From NCBI GenBank assembly GCA_000320545.1, contig ADNK01003452.1, positions 6,101 to 70,100 of the forward strand: a stretch of DNA of 64,000 nucleotides. Direction: 5' to 3'. Numbering within the stretch: position 1 is the stretch's first letter; each line of letters begins with the position of its first letter. This document shows, one piece after another, positions 44,884 to 54,085 of this stretch. The stretch comes from Bigelowiella natans CCMP2755 (taxonomy: Eukaryota; Protista; Cercozoa). Under the pieces are notes generated by a model that did no database searches, had not been told where the DNA came from, and saw only the letters and a program-made list of their open reading frames with translations. A program made the translations under genes and the position numbers.

Positions 44884-45789
44884 ATGTCGTATTCATTCCG
44901 CCTTGCAGTTGGCATGATGGCTTTTGTTGCCTCAACGATACTCTTCGTCAATATTTCAAGTCGAAGCGCTGTTCTTGCAGCCCCAGTGAAGCCACCTTAC
45001 CGTGGAACCCCAAGTGATACATTCTTTCCACGTTGTATTTCTCTCGTCTGCTCGTGACATTTATTTTTGTCTTTCCTTCTTACCTTGTGGGTGGGTTATT
45101 TATTATTCTTGGGCGGGTTGGGACATCAGTGGGTCAAGGCGCGAAGATGCATTCTTACTCTGCACCGCAATCAATGGCACCACAAGCACCTGCACAAATG
45201 CCGGTTCAACAGCAGGCACCAGCTACTGCCTATTCTCCGCCAGCACAATCTCAAGGTATAGTTGATTGCCTGAACAGCCATGGTATGCAAATAATGATTA
45301 AAATACTACTGTGCTCAACGAAAGGTGATATCAACATCCACTCAAGCGGCATATCTTCATCGTCGGGACTGCCATATAGAGCAGAACAAATCGGCATCGA
45401 AGCAGCGCTTGAGCTTGCAAACAGAAAACGGGATGTTAGGGCTGTTAGATTACTTGAGAGGTGGTGTAACAATTTATTATTTGGTTCTCAGTGCCTGGAG
45501 CTGTTCGTTGTGTGAGTCATCATCATCATTCGTATTTTCTTTCAGAGCCAAAACTGGTGCAGGAATGCCAAGTAGCAGTGCTGCCTCCGCACAGCTTCGT
45601 TCTTCACCTCCGAACTTCGAAAGCACTCCTCAAGCGCAACCTCCGGCATACTCTTCATCTCCCCCCCCTGTCTTTGCAACAAACTCAGGCCCGCTTCCAT
45701 ACAATGCAGAGCAGGTCGGAATTGGAGCTGCCATCGAGATGGCTCTGAGAAAGAAAGACACAAGGGCAGTACGCATTCTTCAATGGTAG
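44884..45789 (+). CDS. Small multi-exon gene with leader peptide and a duplicated ~30-aa module; 3' end uncertain
   Basis: Exon 1 MSYSFRLAVGMMAFVASTILFVNISSRSAVLAAPVK (signal/transit-like); P/Q/A/S-rich spacers; repeats LPYRAEQIGIEAALELANRKRDVRAVRLLE and LPYNAEQVGIGAAIEMALRKKDTRAVRILQ, each followed by a GT donor. Confidence 0.65.
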
Positions 45790-46515
45790 GTCAGGTTGGG
45801 TTATTTAGTTACCCTACACACGATGAAGAGGAGGGGTCAAAGAATAGTGTTCCAAATATCACACACGTTGTTCATTACGTTCTACCAACAAGCAATAACT
45901 TAATTTGACACAATACCAAGACATATGCTGAGTCTTATGGCAGGGTAATAGTGAATAGACAGCATGGTGGGAATCTAAACACAGACCTTTGTCCAAAGCA
46001 AATGCGAACAAATATCGTATGAAACTCAGGGCTAGGGAGGAGATGCAAAGTCAAATGGCAGCATCACCACATTATTGATCATTTCTCGAAATGATGGGGG
46101 ATATTTGCCATAAGGTCTGTAGTACTTGTGTGTGGAGGAGAGGCCAAGTTTTGATATTCGAAATTTTAGATTCTTCATCATCAACACCAAATGGAGAATC
46201 AGCAAACGCTGCACACAGGTAATCTTCATGGTGTATACGGGTTTGGGGAAAAGCGACTATGATCTAACTGGACGAAACAGTAAGAAGGCTGAATATTTTT
46301 TACAGCAAAGCAATGTACGTGCCATGCATGCCACTGTCGTGCACACTATGTGCATCGTGTCATGTTGAAAACCTAAACGTGCGGTCATTGTCTAGCAGAT
46401 GAGGGTAGACAAAATGCTTCATCTTTTATCACACTCCCATGTCTACTTCGAACATCCATCTTCCTCATGTCTCCGTGGTGGAAAAAGTGACAACAGTTTG
46501 AGCCCCCATGTGAGA

Positions 46516-46967
46516 ATGCACAACTCGGTCAAACCCGGTGACACTTGTCTGCAGCGCAAAACTAGAAAAGGCGAGTTGTGCGCGTGCGCGCAGCGTTACT
46601 AATTGATGAATGTGATCACTTATTAACACATCTGCAGTTTGGCCGAGCGTCAAAATGCAATTTTTGACCGAGAAACAACCATCTGCAACAACGTGTCATT
46701 TTCGAAGGCCAAACCGCTGTTTTTGCGACAACGTGAGAACTTTGGCAAGAATTGCAAGCAATGTGCAGCGCTGCAGCAAGCAGTGTTTTGAACACGCAAG
46801 CGTGTGCGCACACGCCAACTGCGTGCACACGAAAATTCCCAGCTGCGTGCGAACACACCTTGCTTTCTCACTGCTGCGCGCTGAAGCTTCAAATCGCTTT
46901 CAAAAGCTCTCGCTTGCTCAAACACAAAGTTCACACTGGCTTACAGGTTTGACCGAGCTGTGTGCAT
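46516..46967. mobile_element. Possible decayed MITE/DNA-transposon relic with inverted repeats
   Basis: ctcggtcaaacc (46524-46535) is the exact reverse complement of ggtttgaccgag (46946-46957), extendable imperfectly to atgcac/gtgcat; internal variants gtttggccgag (~46637) and tttgaccgag (46663-46672). Confidence 0.4.
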
Positions 46968-47472
46968 GTGTCAGGTTGAGTGCGCTGCTATGTGCCACGA
47001 CCGTGCACGCGCGCAAGGTGGTGCTGTGTGCAATTGGTGTGGATTTTGCTTGTTGTTGGGATTCGACACATCGATTGCGTTGTGCGCCACAAAACCAGCA
47101 AAGCAGGATGATGGACAAGCAACGTGTTGCATCACATTGCTGCGTCCGTTGCTAGGTTGTCAGGCAGCACGATGCCATCAACACAGGTGCCGCGTGCGCT
47201 GCGTGCAAGAACCTGAGAGTGTGTGCGCTCACTCACCACGTGCCAGCACGCTGCATGCATGCCTCGATCAGAGTGTGCACCAATCTAGCTAGCTAGCAAT
47301 CTCAGTGTTGCACGTGACACAGCATGCCAGCATGCTGGCATGCTTGCACAGCTTTGATCACACGATGCATCACGTGGGCTTGCTTGGTGAGCTTGTCCCT
47401 CCGCTGCCTGCATTGTCCACACCTGCAACCAGCTAGCTGAACCCACCACCACACCAGCATGCGATGCCAGCA

Positions 47473-47798
47473 TGTAGCGCGTACCACTACGCGGGCACAA
47501 GTCACGTGCGACAACAAAGGGGTTGTCGCGGATATAGAATATAGATAACGTAGATATTAATACAGCATAGGCACGTGGGTTCCGGCGGGACTCATGGCAG
47601 CACACCGGAAGTGTGCTGCCCCACGTGCGGCGGCATTCGCGAAAGCTTCGCGAATGATTACGCAGTGCACGATTTAATAAAAATATAATCTTTAATAAAA
47701 ATAAACACAACTCTTCAAAAGGAAGCAAACGTGCCTTTCCCCCCCCCTGCCTACTTGTGCACGTAGCGCCTCGGCCTGTGAACACCTTACGCGCAACA
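47473..47798 (+). repeat. 5' LTR
   Basis: TGTAGCGCGTA...TACGCGCAACA (10/11 terminal inverted repeat); AATAAA motifs at 47676, 47694 and 47700. Confidence 0.97.
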
Positions 47799-47803
47799 AC
47801 CTT

Positions 47804-47826
47804 TGGCTTCCACACACGGGAAACGA
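47804..47826 (+). promoter_or_regulatory. Primer-binding site, possibly for tRNA-Glu
   Basis: TGGCTTCCACACACGGGAAACGA begins 5 nt after the LTR; its reverse complement TCGTTTCCCGTGTGTGGAAG-CCA looks like a tRNA T-arm/acceptor 3' end, most like tRNA-Glu (identity from memory). Confidence 0.7.
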
Positions 47827-47837
47827 TTTGACTAACA

Positions 47838-48443
47838 ATGTCACAGCAGCTAGAAGAACAGCAGGACTTTGGCTCGCAGGCCGTGCAAGGGCACGAGCAG
47901 AAACAGGAAAGGAAGGGCGATACGGACGCTAAGGAAGGAGGAGGAACACCTCCACAGGCACCGCCGGGACCAGCACCCGGGATTAAGAAAGCAGATGCAG
48001 CAGCAGAGGCACTGGAGAACTTCTACGAGGCGGACGACGAGGACGTGGCCGCCGAAAGCAAGAAGGTCGTAATGGCATTACGAGCCTTGCGACCCAGGGC
48101 GAGCAACTACGCCAAACTGAAAGTATCGATAGAATACAAGTATCAGACACATGATGTTTGGGCAGCTATCATGCAGGACATCATGGATTACGAAGCAGAC
48201 TTACCTCCAGAGTGGGCAGCTTTGTTTAGGAACGACGGGGGTCTGGGCGCCTCGCGGGGGACGACCCAGAGCACCGTCAAGCAGCAGCAGCCGGTACAGC
48301 GGAACACCCAGTTCATGTCTGTTAAAACAGCACCGGTTATGATAACGAAATACAACGGGAAAAGAGGTGAGGCAAGGAGGTGGTGGAAGAACGCTAGGAG
48401 TATACTCTGCGACTTTACCACGTTGCGGATACTGCTCACGTAA
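47838..48443 (+). CDS. gag: Gag N-terminal part (appears truncated or frameshifted)
   Basis: First ATG after the PBS, 201 aa; ends soon after a capsid-start-like segment ITKYNGKRGEARRWWKNARSIL; the zinc knuckle is in the +1 frame. Confidence 0.7.
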   Translation: MSQQLEEQQDFGSQAVQGHEQKQERKGDTDAKEGGGTPPQAPPGPAPGIKKADAAAEALENFYEADDEDVAAESKKVVMALRALRPRASNYAKLKVSIEYKYQTHDVWAAIMQDIMDYEADLPPEWAALFRNDGGLGASRGTTQSTVKQQQPVQRNTQFMSVKTAPVMITKYNGKRGEARRWWKNARSILCDFTTLRILLT

Positions 48444-50322
48444 AGGGAAACACACCGCTAAAGACTGCAGAGACAGGAAAGAAGGACGACCCAGGATGAC
48501 GATCAGGCAGCTCAACGAACACTACGAGAAGTTAAAGAGAAAGAAAGGCAGAGGACAAGGATATAACAACAGCAAATGGCAAGGCAGCAACAACGGGAAG
48601 AACAATAAATATAAGAACAAAAAGCAGAACAGTATCAATGCTATACAGCAGCAGATAAACGGAATATTAGATCACCTTAAGCAGGCGCCGACGAAGACAG
48701 CAGTACCAGCAACGCAGGACCAAGACAAGCCCATGACCCTAGACGACATAAAGAACTTAGGAGTATGCAACATTAATGACGAAGACGCTAACAGGACTAT
48801 CAAAGTTGCTATGACCAAGGTTAAAGTTAAAGACAGCTACGGAGACTACAAGAAACTACCTGCCCTTTGGGATAGTGGCAGCATGCCGAAGTCCTTCATA
48901 AGCCTAAGCACAGTAAGAAGGTTAGGACTATTGGATCAAGTGACTAAGAAAGAACGTAAATATGCTCAAGCAGACGGAAGCTCTTCCATGAAGACCGTCG
49001 GTGAGCTAATGCTAAAGCTACAGATACCTGGCAGCGACGCGGAGACCCAAATCAAGACCCGAGTAGCCATGACTTTATCCATGGAACTACTCCTCGGACA
49101 GGATGCCCTAGAAAAATTAGGGGGGATCATATCATTCTACAATCACAAGATATACTTTGCTAAGTTGCCAAAGAAGTCAGGCAGGACCATCAGCCAGAAC
49201 ATGATACGGCTTGACGAGTGGACCTCTGAGTCAAGCGTTAATGCGTTAGAGTTTATGGACCTAGCGGACAACAAGCTACCTACACCTACCGAGCTACGGA
49301 AGAAGAACCCCGGCAAGACCATCCGACAGATAACGGAGCTACTGGACAAGACCCCCCCAGCTGATGATTGGGATATCGACAAAGGCAAAAAGTACATTAA
49401 TAAAATATTAAACGAGAAGTACTCTGACATCACCAAGCCGACGACGAAGCCCTCCAGCAAGCTTACCCCAGTAAAGATCGAGCTAAAGAAGGGATACGAA
49501 GAGTGCATCATCAATGACCCAAAACATAGGCGACCGGAAGCGGACTGGGAAAAGATAGAGTGGCAGATCAATGAATGGGCAAAGGAAGGGAAGATAGAGC
49601 CAAGCAACTCACCATGGAACGTGAGACATGTGCTAGCTAAGAAACCTACTTACCCTTTCTTCCGCCTGGCGCACAACTTCATCCGCCACAACCGAGTAAT
49701 AAAGAGGATCCAGACACCTACACCAAGGATAGATGACGTTATTGAACACGTCATAGGATACAAATACTACTCTTCCCTAGATAAAAATGAATCATACATG
49801 CAGACACCCATCCACAAAACCTCCCGCCCCATTACCGCGTTCTCCAGCAGGCACAGGAAGTGGCACTTCGTCGTATTCCCTTACGGCCTAAGCATATCAG
49901 GGGATGCGTTCAGTAGTCAGAACTACAGGGCATACACACATGATGGGATGGCGTCTGTGTTGTGGGTGTTTGTGTTTGTGTATGTGGATGATGACATAAT
50001 ATGTACCAACACAGTCGTCGCTCAGATCTTCCTCCTGGAAAATATATTTATTAGGTTTGCACACTTCGGTTTTACTATTAGACTGCAGAAGTGTACATTC
50101 CTAGCTACAAGAATCAAGTGGTGTGGATATTACCTGGAGCAAGGCCGCATCACCCCAAACCCCGAGAAAGTAGCAGCACTACAGCAAGCCCCTAAACCTA
50201 AGAATGCAAAGGAGTTAAAGCATTCTTGCAGACTGCAGCTTGGATACTACGTAGGTTCTCCCCTACCTACGCTAGGACTGCAGCTGCTTTTACTACTGCT
50301 TACCGGAAGGAGAACTCTGTAG
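48367..50322 (+). CDS. pol: Zinc knuckle + aspartic protease + reverse transcriptase
   Basis: CGYCSRKGKHTAKDC (CCHC), ALWDSGS and LLLGQDAL (protease), IEPSNSPW, LDKNESYMQ, FPYGL, YVDD, KCTF...WCGY, PNPEKV...PKNAKELK. Confidence 0.92.
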   Translation: MRQGGGGRTLGVYSATLPRCGYCSRKGKHTAKDCRDRKEGRPRMTIRQLNEHYEKLKRKKGRGQGYNNSKWQGSNNGKNNKYKNKKQNSINAIQQQINGILDHLKQAPTKTAVPATQDQDKPMTLDDIKNLGVCNINDEDANRTIKVAMTKVKVKDSYGDYKKLPALWDSGSMPKSFISLSTVRRLGLLDQVTKKERKYAQADGSSSMKTVGELMLKLQIPGSDAETQIKTRVAMTLSMELLLGQDALEKLGGIISFYNHKIYFAKLPKKSGRTISQNMIRLDEWTSESSVNALEFMDLADNKLPTPTELRKKNPGKTIRQITELLDKTPPADDWDIDKGKKYINKILNEKYSDITKPTTKPSSKLTPVKIELKKGYEECIINDPKHRRPEADWEKIEWQINEWAKEGKIEPSNSPWNVRHVLAKKPTYPFFRLAHNFIRHNRVIKRIQTPTPRIDDVIEHVIGYKYYSSLDKNESYMQTPIHKTSRPITAFSSRHRKWHFVVFPYGLSISGDAFSSQNYRAYTHDGMASVLWVFVFVYVDDDIICTNTVVAQIFLLENIFIRFAHFGFTIRLQKCTFLATRIKWCGYYLEQGRITPNPEKVAALQQAPKPKNAKELKHSCRLQLGYYVGSPLPTLGLQLLLLLLTGRRTL

Positions 50323-52289
50323 GCCTCAGCTTCGCTAAGGTGTGGGCCAAGGCTGGCCTTGATGCCCACTTCGATAACCTAATAAAGTTATGCAGCAACA
50401 CCCTATTGAATGCTAAGCTAGACACTACTAGACCAGCTACCCTATGGACAGACTGGTCTAAGCTAGGTATGGCTGCTGTACTTACCCAAGACCAGCAGAT
50501 CATACGGGTGTGGGGCAGGGCCTGCACAGCAGCTGAGGCCAAGTACAGCCCTACAAAAGGAGAGTATAAAGCCATGACTGAGGCGCAGAGGAAACTAAGA
50601 CACTACCTGCTGTCGGTGCCCAGCTTCACCTTAATGACTGACCACAAGCCCCTCCTAGGCATCGACCGCAAGCTCGAAGCGCCTAACGATGAGTATGCAG
50701 CTATGAGGGCGGACACGGAAGAGTTTAGGGACAAGAGGACAGTGGTCTACGCACCAGGAGACAAGCAGCTTGCTGACTATTTCAGCAGGCTGTTCGAAAA
50801 GAAAGTCCCTACCCAGGTCACCCCTATGGTTAACGCGATTACCTTCGAGGACGGCGACTTCCTGCCTGAGCCAGAGGAGCTCCAGCACCTTCAAGAACAC
50901 CTGGATAAATACAAACACAAGCATGAGGTACTTAGTGATAGGATATATGTATACACTAATAATGTTAGGCGTACCTACGTGCCACGGCGGACCAGGGGAG
51001 CCCTTCTCTTTACCGCCCATGGACCTGCACACGTAGGAGAAAACCATATCACTGCTCTACTCTACCATTACTACTGGCCCTACAAGCTAAAAGAGATAAG
51101 GACATACCTGCGTGGCTGCAGGTGCTCCAGCTTGAAGGCGGCAGGTGTCGCCACCAAGGAGTCCAGCAAGAGCCGTGCATCTAAGAAAATCAAAGCAAGG
51201 AACTTCTTAGATATCGTGCAAATTGATGTTTATAAGTACGATGGCTATCACTACCTTACCTTCGTTGATGTGGCCACTGGAAAGTGCTGGGTTAAAAAGA
51301 TTATCAAGGTCAACGTTGCTAAGAAGAACAAAGGCTTATATAAGCAGAGGCTTACTAACTGCTACCGTACCTGGGAGTCTGAGCTCCAGGCTATCCCTGA
51401 TGAAGTTAGCATAAACAAGATACCAAAGAAGTTACATGTGGATAATGAGACCTCTCTTCTACAGCTACCACACCCTAATATTGATGCCTCACCTGTATAC
51501 TATGCCCAGTCCAACTCCAAGGTAGAGCGACTCCACCGCACCTTGGCCAACCTAAGCAGGATAAATAGCACCACACCAGACAAGATACAAGGGTTAGTAA
51601 ACGACACCTTCACGTCTGGGGGAGGTATCAAGGATAAGGAGAGGGAAGAAGGCGACGACAACGACGACGATACCGAGAGCGAAGACGAGAAGGTCCCGTA
51701 CGATGGCCGAGTTCTAAAGGAAGGACAGTATGTTAGGGCCAAGGTAAATCTGAGATCGAGAAATAAACAAGACCCCTTCTGGGGTGGCGTTGCAAAGGTT
51801 ACCGAGAGGAAGGGGAGGAAGCAGTACTACATCTATGATGGGAACAGGGTCACCTTGCGCCACATCAGTCACCTAAAGAATTATGATATCGGTGAGAAGC
51901 TCCTAGAGGATGTTAAAGTAAACCCTACTGTGTGGGAGCGAGCCATGCCTTGTTTAGGACCCCGACCTAAGTTCGATGTGGAATATGGAAACAATAAGGT
52001 CAGGGTGAACGACGATTGGCGCATGAAGATTGTCTATCTAGGCTACCCTGGATTACGAAATATGGAGAGGGTAGCTATGAAAATAAAGGACGGAAAATAT
52101 CAGCTACTCTACCTAGCTGTTCCCGACTTACCCTTTGAGCACTGGTATAAGGTCCTGGGGGACCTTGATGCAGAGGGCTGGTATGGACACGAACCTAAGG
52201 ACGAAGGTGAGTTCTGGGTAAGCGACAAAGGAGATAAGGTTAGAGAGGAATCTATTACCTGGTGGTTGGTGAAGTTCCGAAAGCGATGA
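50220..52289 (+). CDS. pol: RT thumb + RNase H + integrase + C-terminal Dam-like extension (-1 frame relative to RT)
   Basis: AFLQTAAWILRRFSP, LWTDWSKLGMAAVLTQ, YSPTKGEY, TDHKPL, ADYFSR (RNase H); H-x3-H...CRC, IVQID, HVDN, SNSKVER (integrase); GQYV...DPFWGG...HISHLKNY (GPY/F-like); ~130-aa extra domain to TGA 52289. Confidence 0.9.
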   Translation, partial: AFLQTAAWILRRFSPTYARTAAAFTTAYRKENSVGLSFAKVWAKAGLDAHFDNLIKLCSNTLLNAKLDTTRPATLWTDWSKLGMAAVLTQDQQIIRVWGRACTAAEAKYSPTKGEYKAMTEAQRKLRHYLLSVPSFTLMTDHKPLLGIDRKLEAPNDEYAAMRADTEEFRDKRTVVYAPGDKQLADYFSRLFEKKVPTQVTPMVNAITFEDGDFLPEPEELQHLQEHLDKYKHKHEVLSDRIYVYTNNVRRTYVPRRTRGALLFTAHGPAHVGENHITALLYHYYWPYKLKEIRTYLRGCRCSSLKAAGVATKESSKSRASKKIKARNFLDIVQIDVYKYDGYHYLTFVDVATGKCWVKKIIKVNVAKKNKGLYKQRLTNCYRTWESELQAIPDEVSINKIPKKLHVDNETSLLQLPHPNIDASPVYYAQSNSKVERLHRTLANLSRINSTTPDKIQGLVNDTFTSGGGIKDKEREEGDDNDDDTESEDEKVPYDGRVLKEGQYVRAKVNLRSRNKQDPFWGGVAKVTERKGRKQYYIYDGNRVTLRHISHLKNYDIGEKLLEDVKVNPTVWERAMPCLGPRPKFDVEYGNNKVRVNDDWRMKIVYLGYPGLRNMERVAMKIKDGKYQLLYLAVPDLPFEHWYKVLGDLDAEGWYGHEPKDEGEFWVSDKGDKVREESITWWLVKFRKR

Positions 52290-52332
52290 AGGTCTAAGGG
52301 AATAAGGAAGGAAGGAAGGAGCAACGTGACTT

Positions 52333-52340
52333 GGGGGAGG
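52333..52340 (+). promoter_or_regulatory. Polypurine tract
   Basis: GGGGGAGG abutting the 3' LTR, with a longer purine-rich run at 52296-52321. Confidence 0.8.
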
Positions 52341-52666
52341 TGTAGCGCGTACCACTACGCGGGCACAAGTCACGTGCGACAACAAAGGGGTTGTCGCGGA
52401 TATAGAATATAGATAACGTAGATATTAATACAGCATAGGCACGTGGGTTCCGGCGGGACTCATGGCAGCACACCGGAAGTGTGCTGCCCCACGTGCGGCG
52501 GCATTCGCGAAAGCTTCGCGAATGATTACGCAGTGCACGATTTAATAAAAATATAATCTTTAATAAAAATAAACACAACTCTTCAAAAGGAAGCAAACGT
52601 GCCTTTCCCCCCCCCTGCCTACTTGTGCACGTAGCGCCTCGGCCTGTGAACACCTTACGCGCAACA
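52341..52666 (+). repeat. 3' LTR
   Basis: Same sequence as 47473-47798; preceded by the PPT, followed by TSD AGCA. Confidence 0.97.
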
Positions 52667-53199
52667 AGCACGCACACGCACGCACTGTCTAGCTGTGTCT
52701 GTGAACGACTTTGAGTGCGTGCGCATGCCAGCATGGAACGTGCCAACTCATCTGTTGTTGAAAGAACAAGTGAATGAATGAACGAACCAATTCCAATGCT
52801 TGAGTTGACAGGATCATCATCAGACGCACCAAGTCGTCGTCCATGTCCCCTGACAAAAACAACCAAAGATCGAGGGTTTGGCGTTCAAAAAATGCATCCC
52901 AATTGTTGTGTGCGTCAACGAATCGAACGAAAAAGTCGTTCACATTCATCAAACGACAGCAGTTCGCATGTGTCGTCACAGCAAATCACGTGCCTTTTCC
53001 TTCATTTTTTCAAACGTATTTTTAGCACTCTGCTGCTCTCCTCATCGCTACTCGCATGCAGGAACCCACCTCCACGTGTCATCGATCATAGCCACCTTCC
53101 ACATTTGCAATTGAAGACGACGTTGCAGCCCCTCGAAAGACACACAGAGAGCCCAGCACACTTGGATACGTAGGACATTCCTTTCATTTTAGTGAGGAA

Positions 53200-54034
53200 A
53201 CGAGCAAGTCTGCAGAGCAGAAATCTGGAAAGCAGAAAGGCGTACTCGTCTTTCTTCACGGTATGGATGGTGCATTAATATTTGAATGTTGTTATCATCA
53301 TGACCGGAATGTTTTTTTACAAAACATGGCTACATAGGCAGTGGAGACAATGGTCCAAACTTTCAGAAATGGGTCTACATGGCCTCCAAAGGGAAGTAAT
53401 GTAGCCTCTAAAAACCACATCATTGTGAATCATTTCGCTTGCGTACACTTTAGTGATTTCCCTTTGGAAAGGCTGTCAAATATTCTATCCCATAAGTTTG
53501 TCACCCATAATCTTGTTGGATTAGATTTGAAAGCACGCTCGCTAACAATGGCATAGCTGTTGTGTATCCTTCTGCAAAATGTATTCCTTATACTCTCGCA
53601 GGTCAAGTTCAATGTTATACAACATTGCTCCTTATCTGTCCTGTCTTCCTCCTTTATAGCAATCAATGACATATCTGTAGATCCTTTTGCAGAATATTTT
53701 GTGTTGTGGGTTATTCCAAAATATTTTATCGTTCCTCTAATTGCAGCCGGGATGAAGATGTCAGTATGGCATGATAGGTAGTAGTAGAGTTTGCAAATAG
53801 CACGCACTAGTCTTGATAAATTGTGATGGTGGTGAACAAATGATTTCAATCATGATATCTATAGCGGTTGATTGTGTTCATCCTCATCATCGCCATCATC
53901 ACTTAGAACGGGTTTGGGACCGAAGTTTCCAGAAGATACAGAAGGCATACGCAATTCTCTAGAAAGTCTCGACAAGAACATTCTGAATCCCCTAGCAACC
54001 AAAGGTACTACTCCCCAATATACCACACGCACAC

Positions 54035-54085
<51 letters not shown>

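Larger units (their letters stand above)
47473..52666 (+). mobile_element. Ty3/gypsy LTR retrotransposon, 5194 bp, recent insertion
   Basis: Two 326-bp TG...CA LTRs with no mismatch found by eye; 4-bp TSD AGCA (47469-47472 and 52667-52670); PBS and PPT present; domain order gag-zinc knuckle-PR-RT-RH-IN. Confidence 0.97.
46300..53170. other. TpA-depleted island 2, split by the LTR retrotransposon insertion
   Basis: 46626-47472: 7 TA in ~850 bp, 5 of them in CTAG; 52667-53015: 1 TA (CTAG) in ~350 bp; the inserted element between them is TA-rich. Confidence 0.85.

Noticed and set aside
261-45017. Dozens of ORFs with CVCV, YIYI, RERE, HTHT, SLSL or homopolymer runs
   Set aside because: Translations of intronic microsatellites, not independent genes.
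47571-47628. Hammerhead-ribozyme-like look on the LTR antisense strand (ctgccatgagtcc...ggaac)
   Set aside because: Lacks the required CUGANGA and GAAA core; kept only as a structured region.
51900-52289. Chromodomain at the integrase C-terminus
   Set aside because: Too long and lacks the chromo pattern (Y.VE.I...YLVKW.G...TWEP); only the terminal WLVKF is superficially similar.
52294-52866. 190-aa and 176-aa antisense ORFs across the LTRs (also 47285-47815)
   Set aside because: They start and end in unrelated flanking DNA, partly TA-depleted and stop-poor; no recognisable domain.
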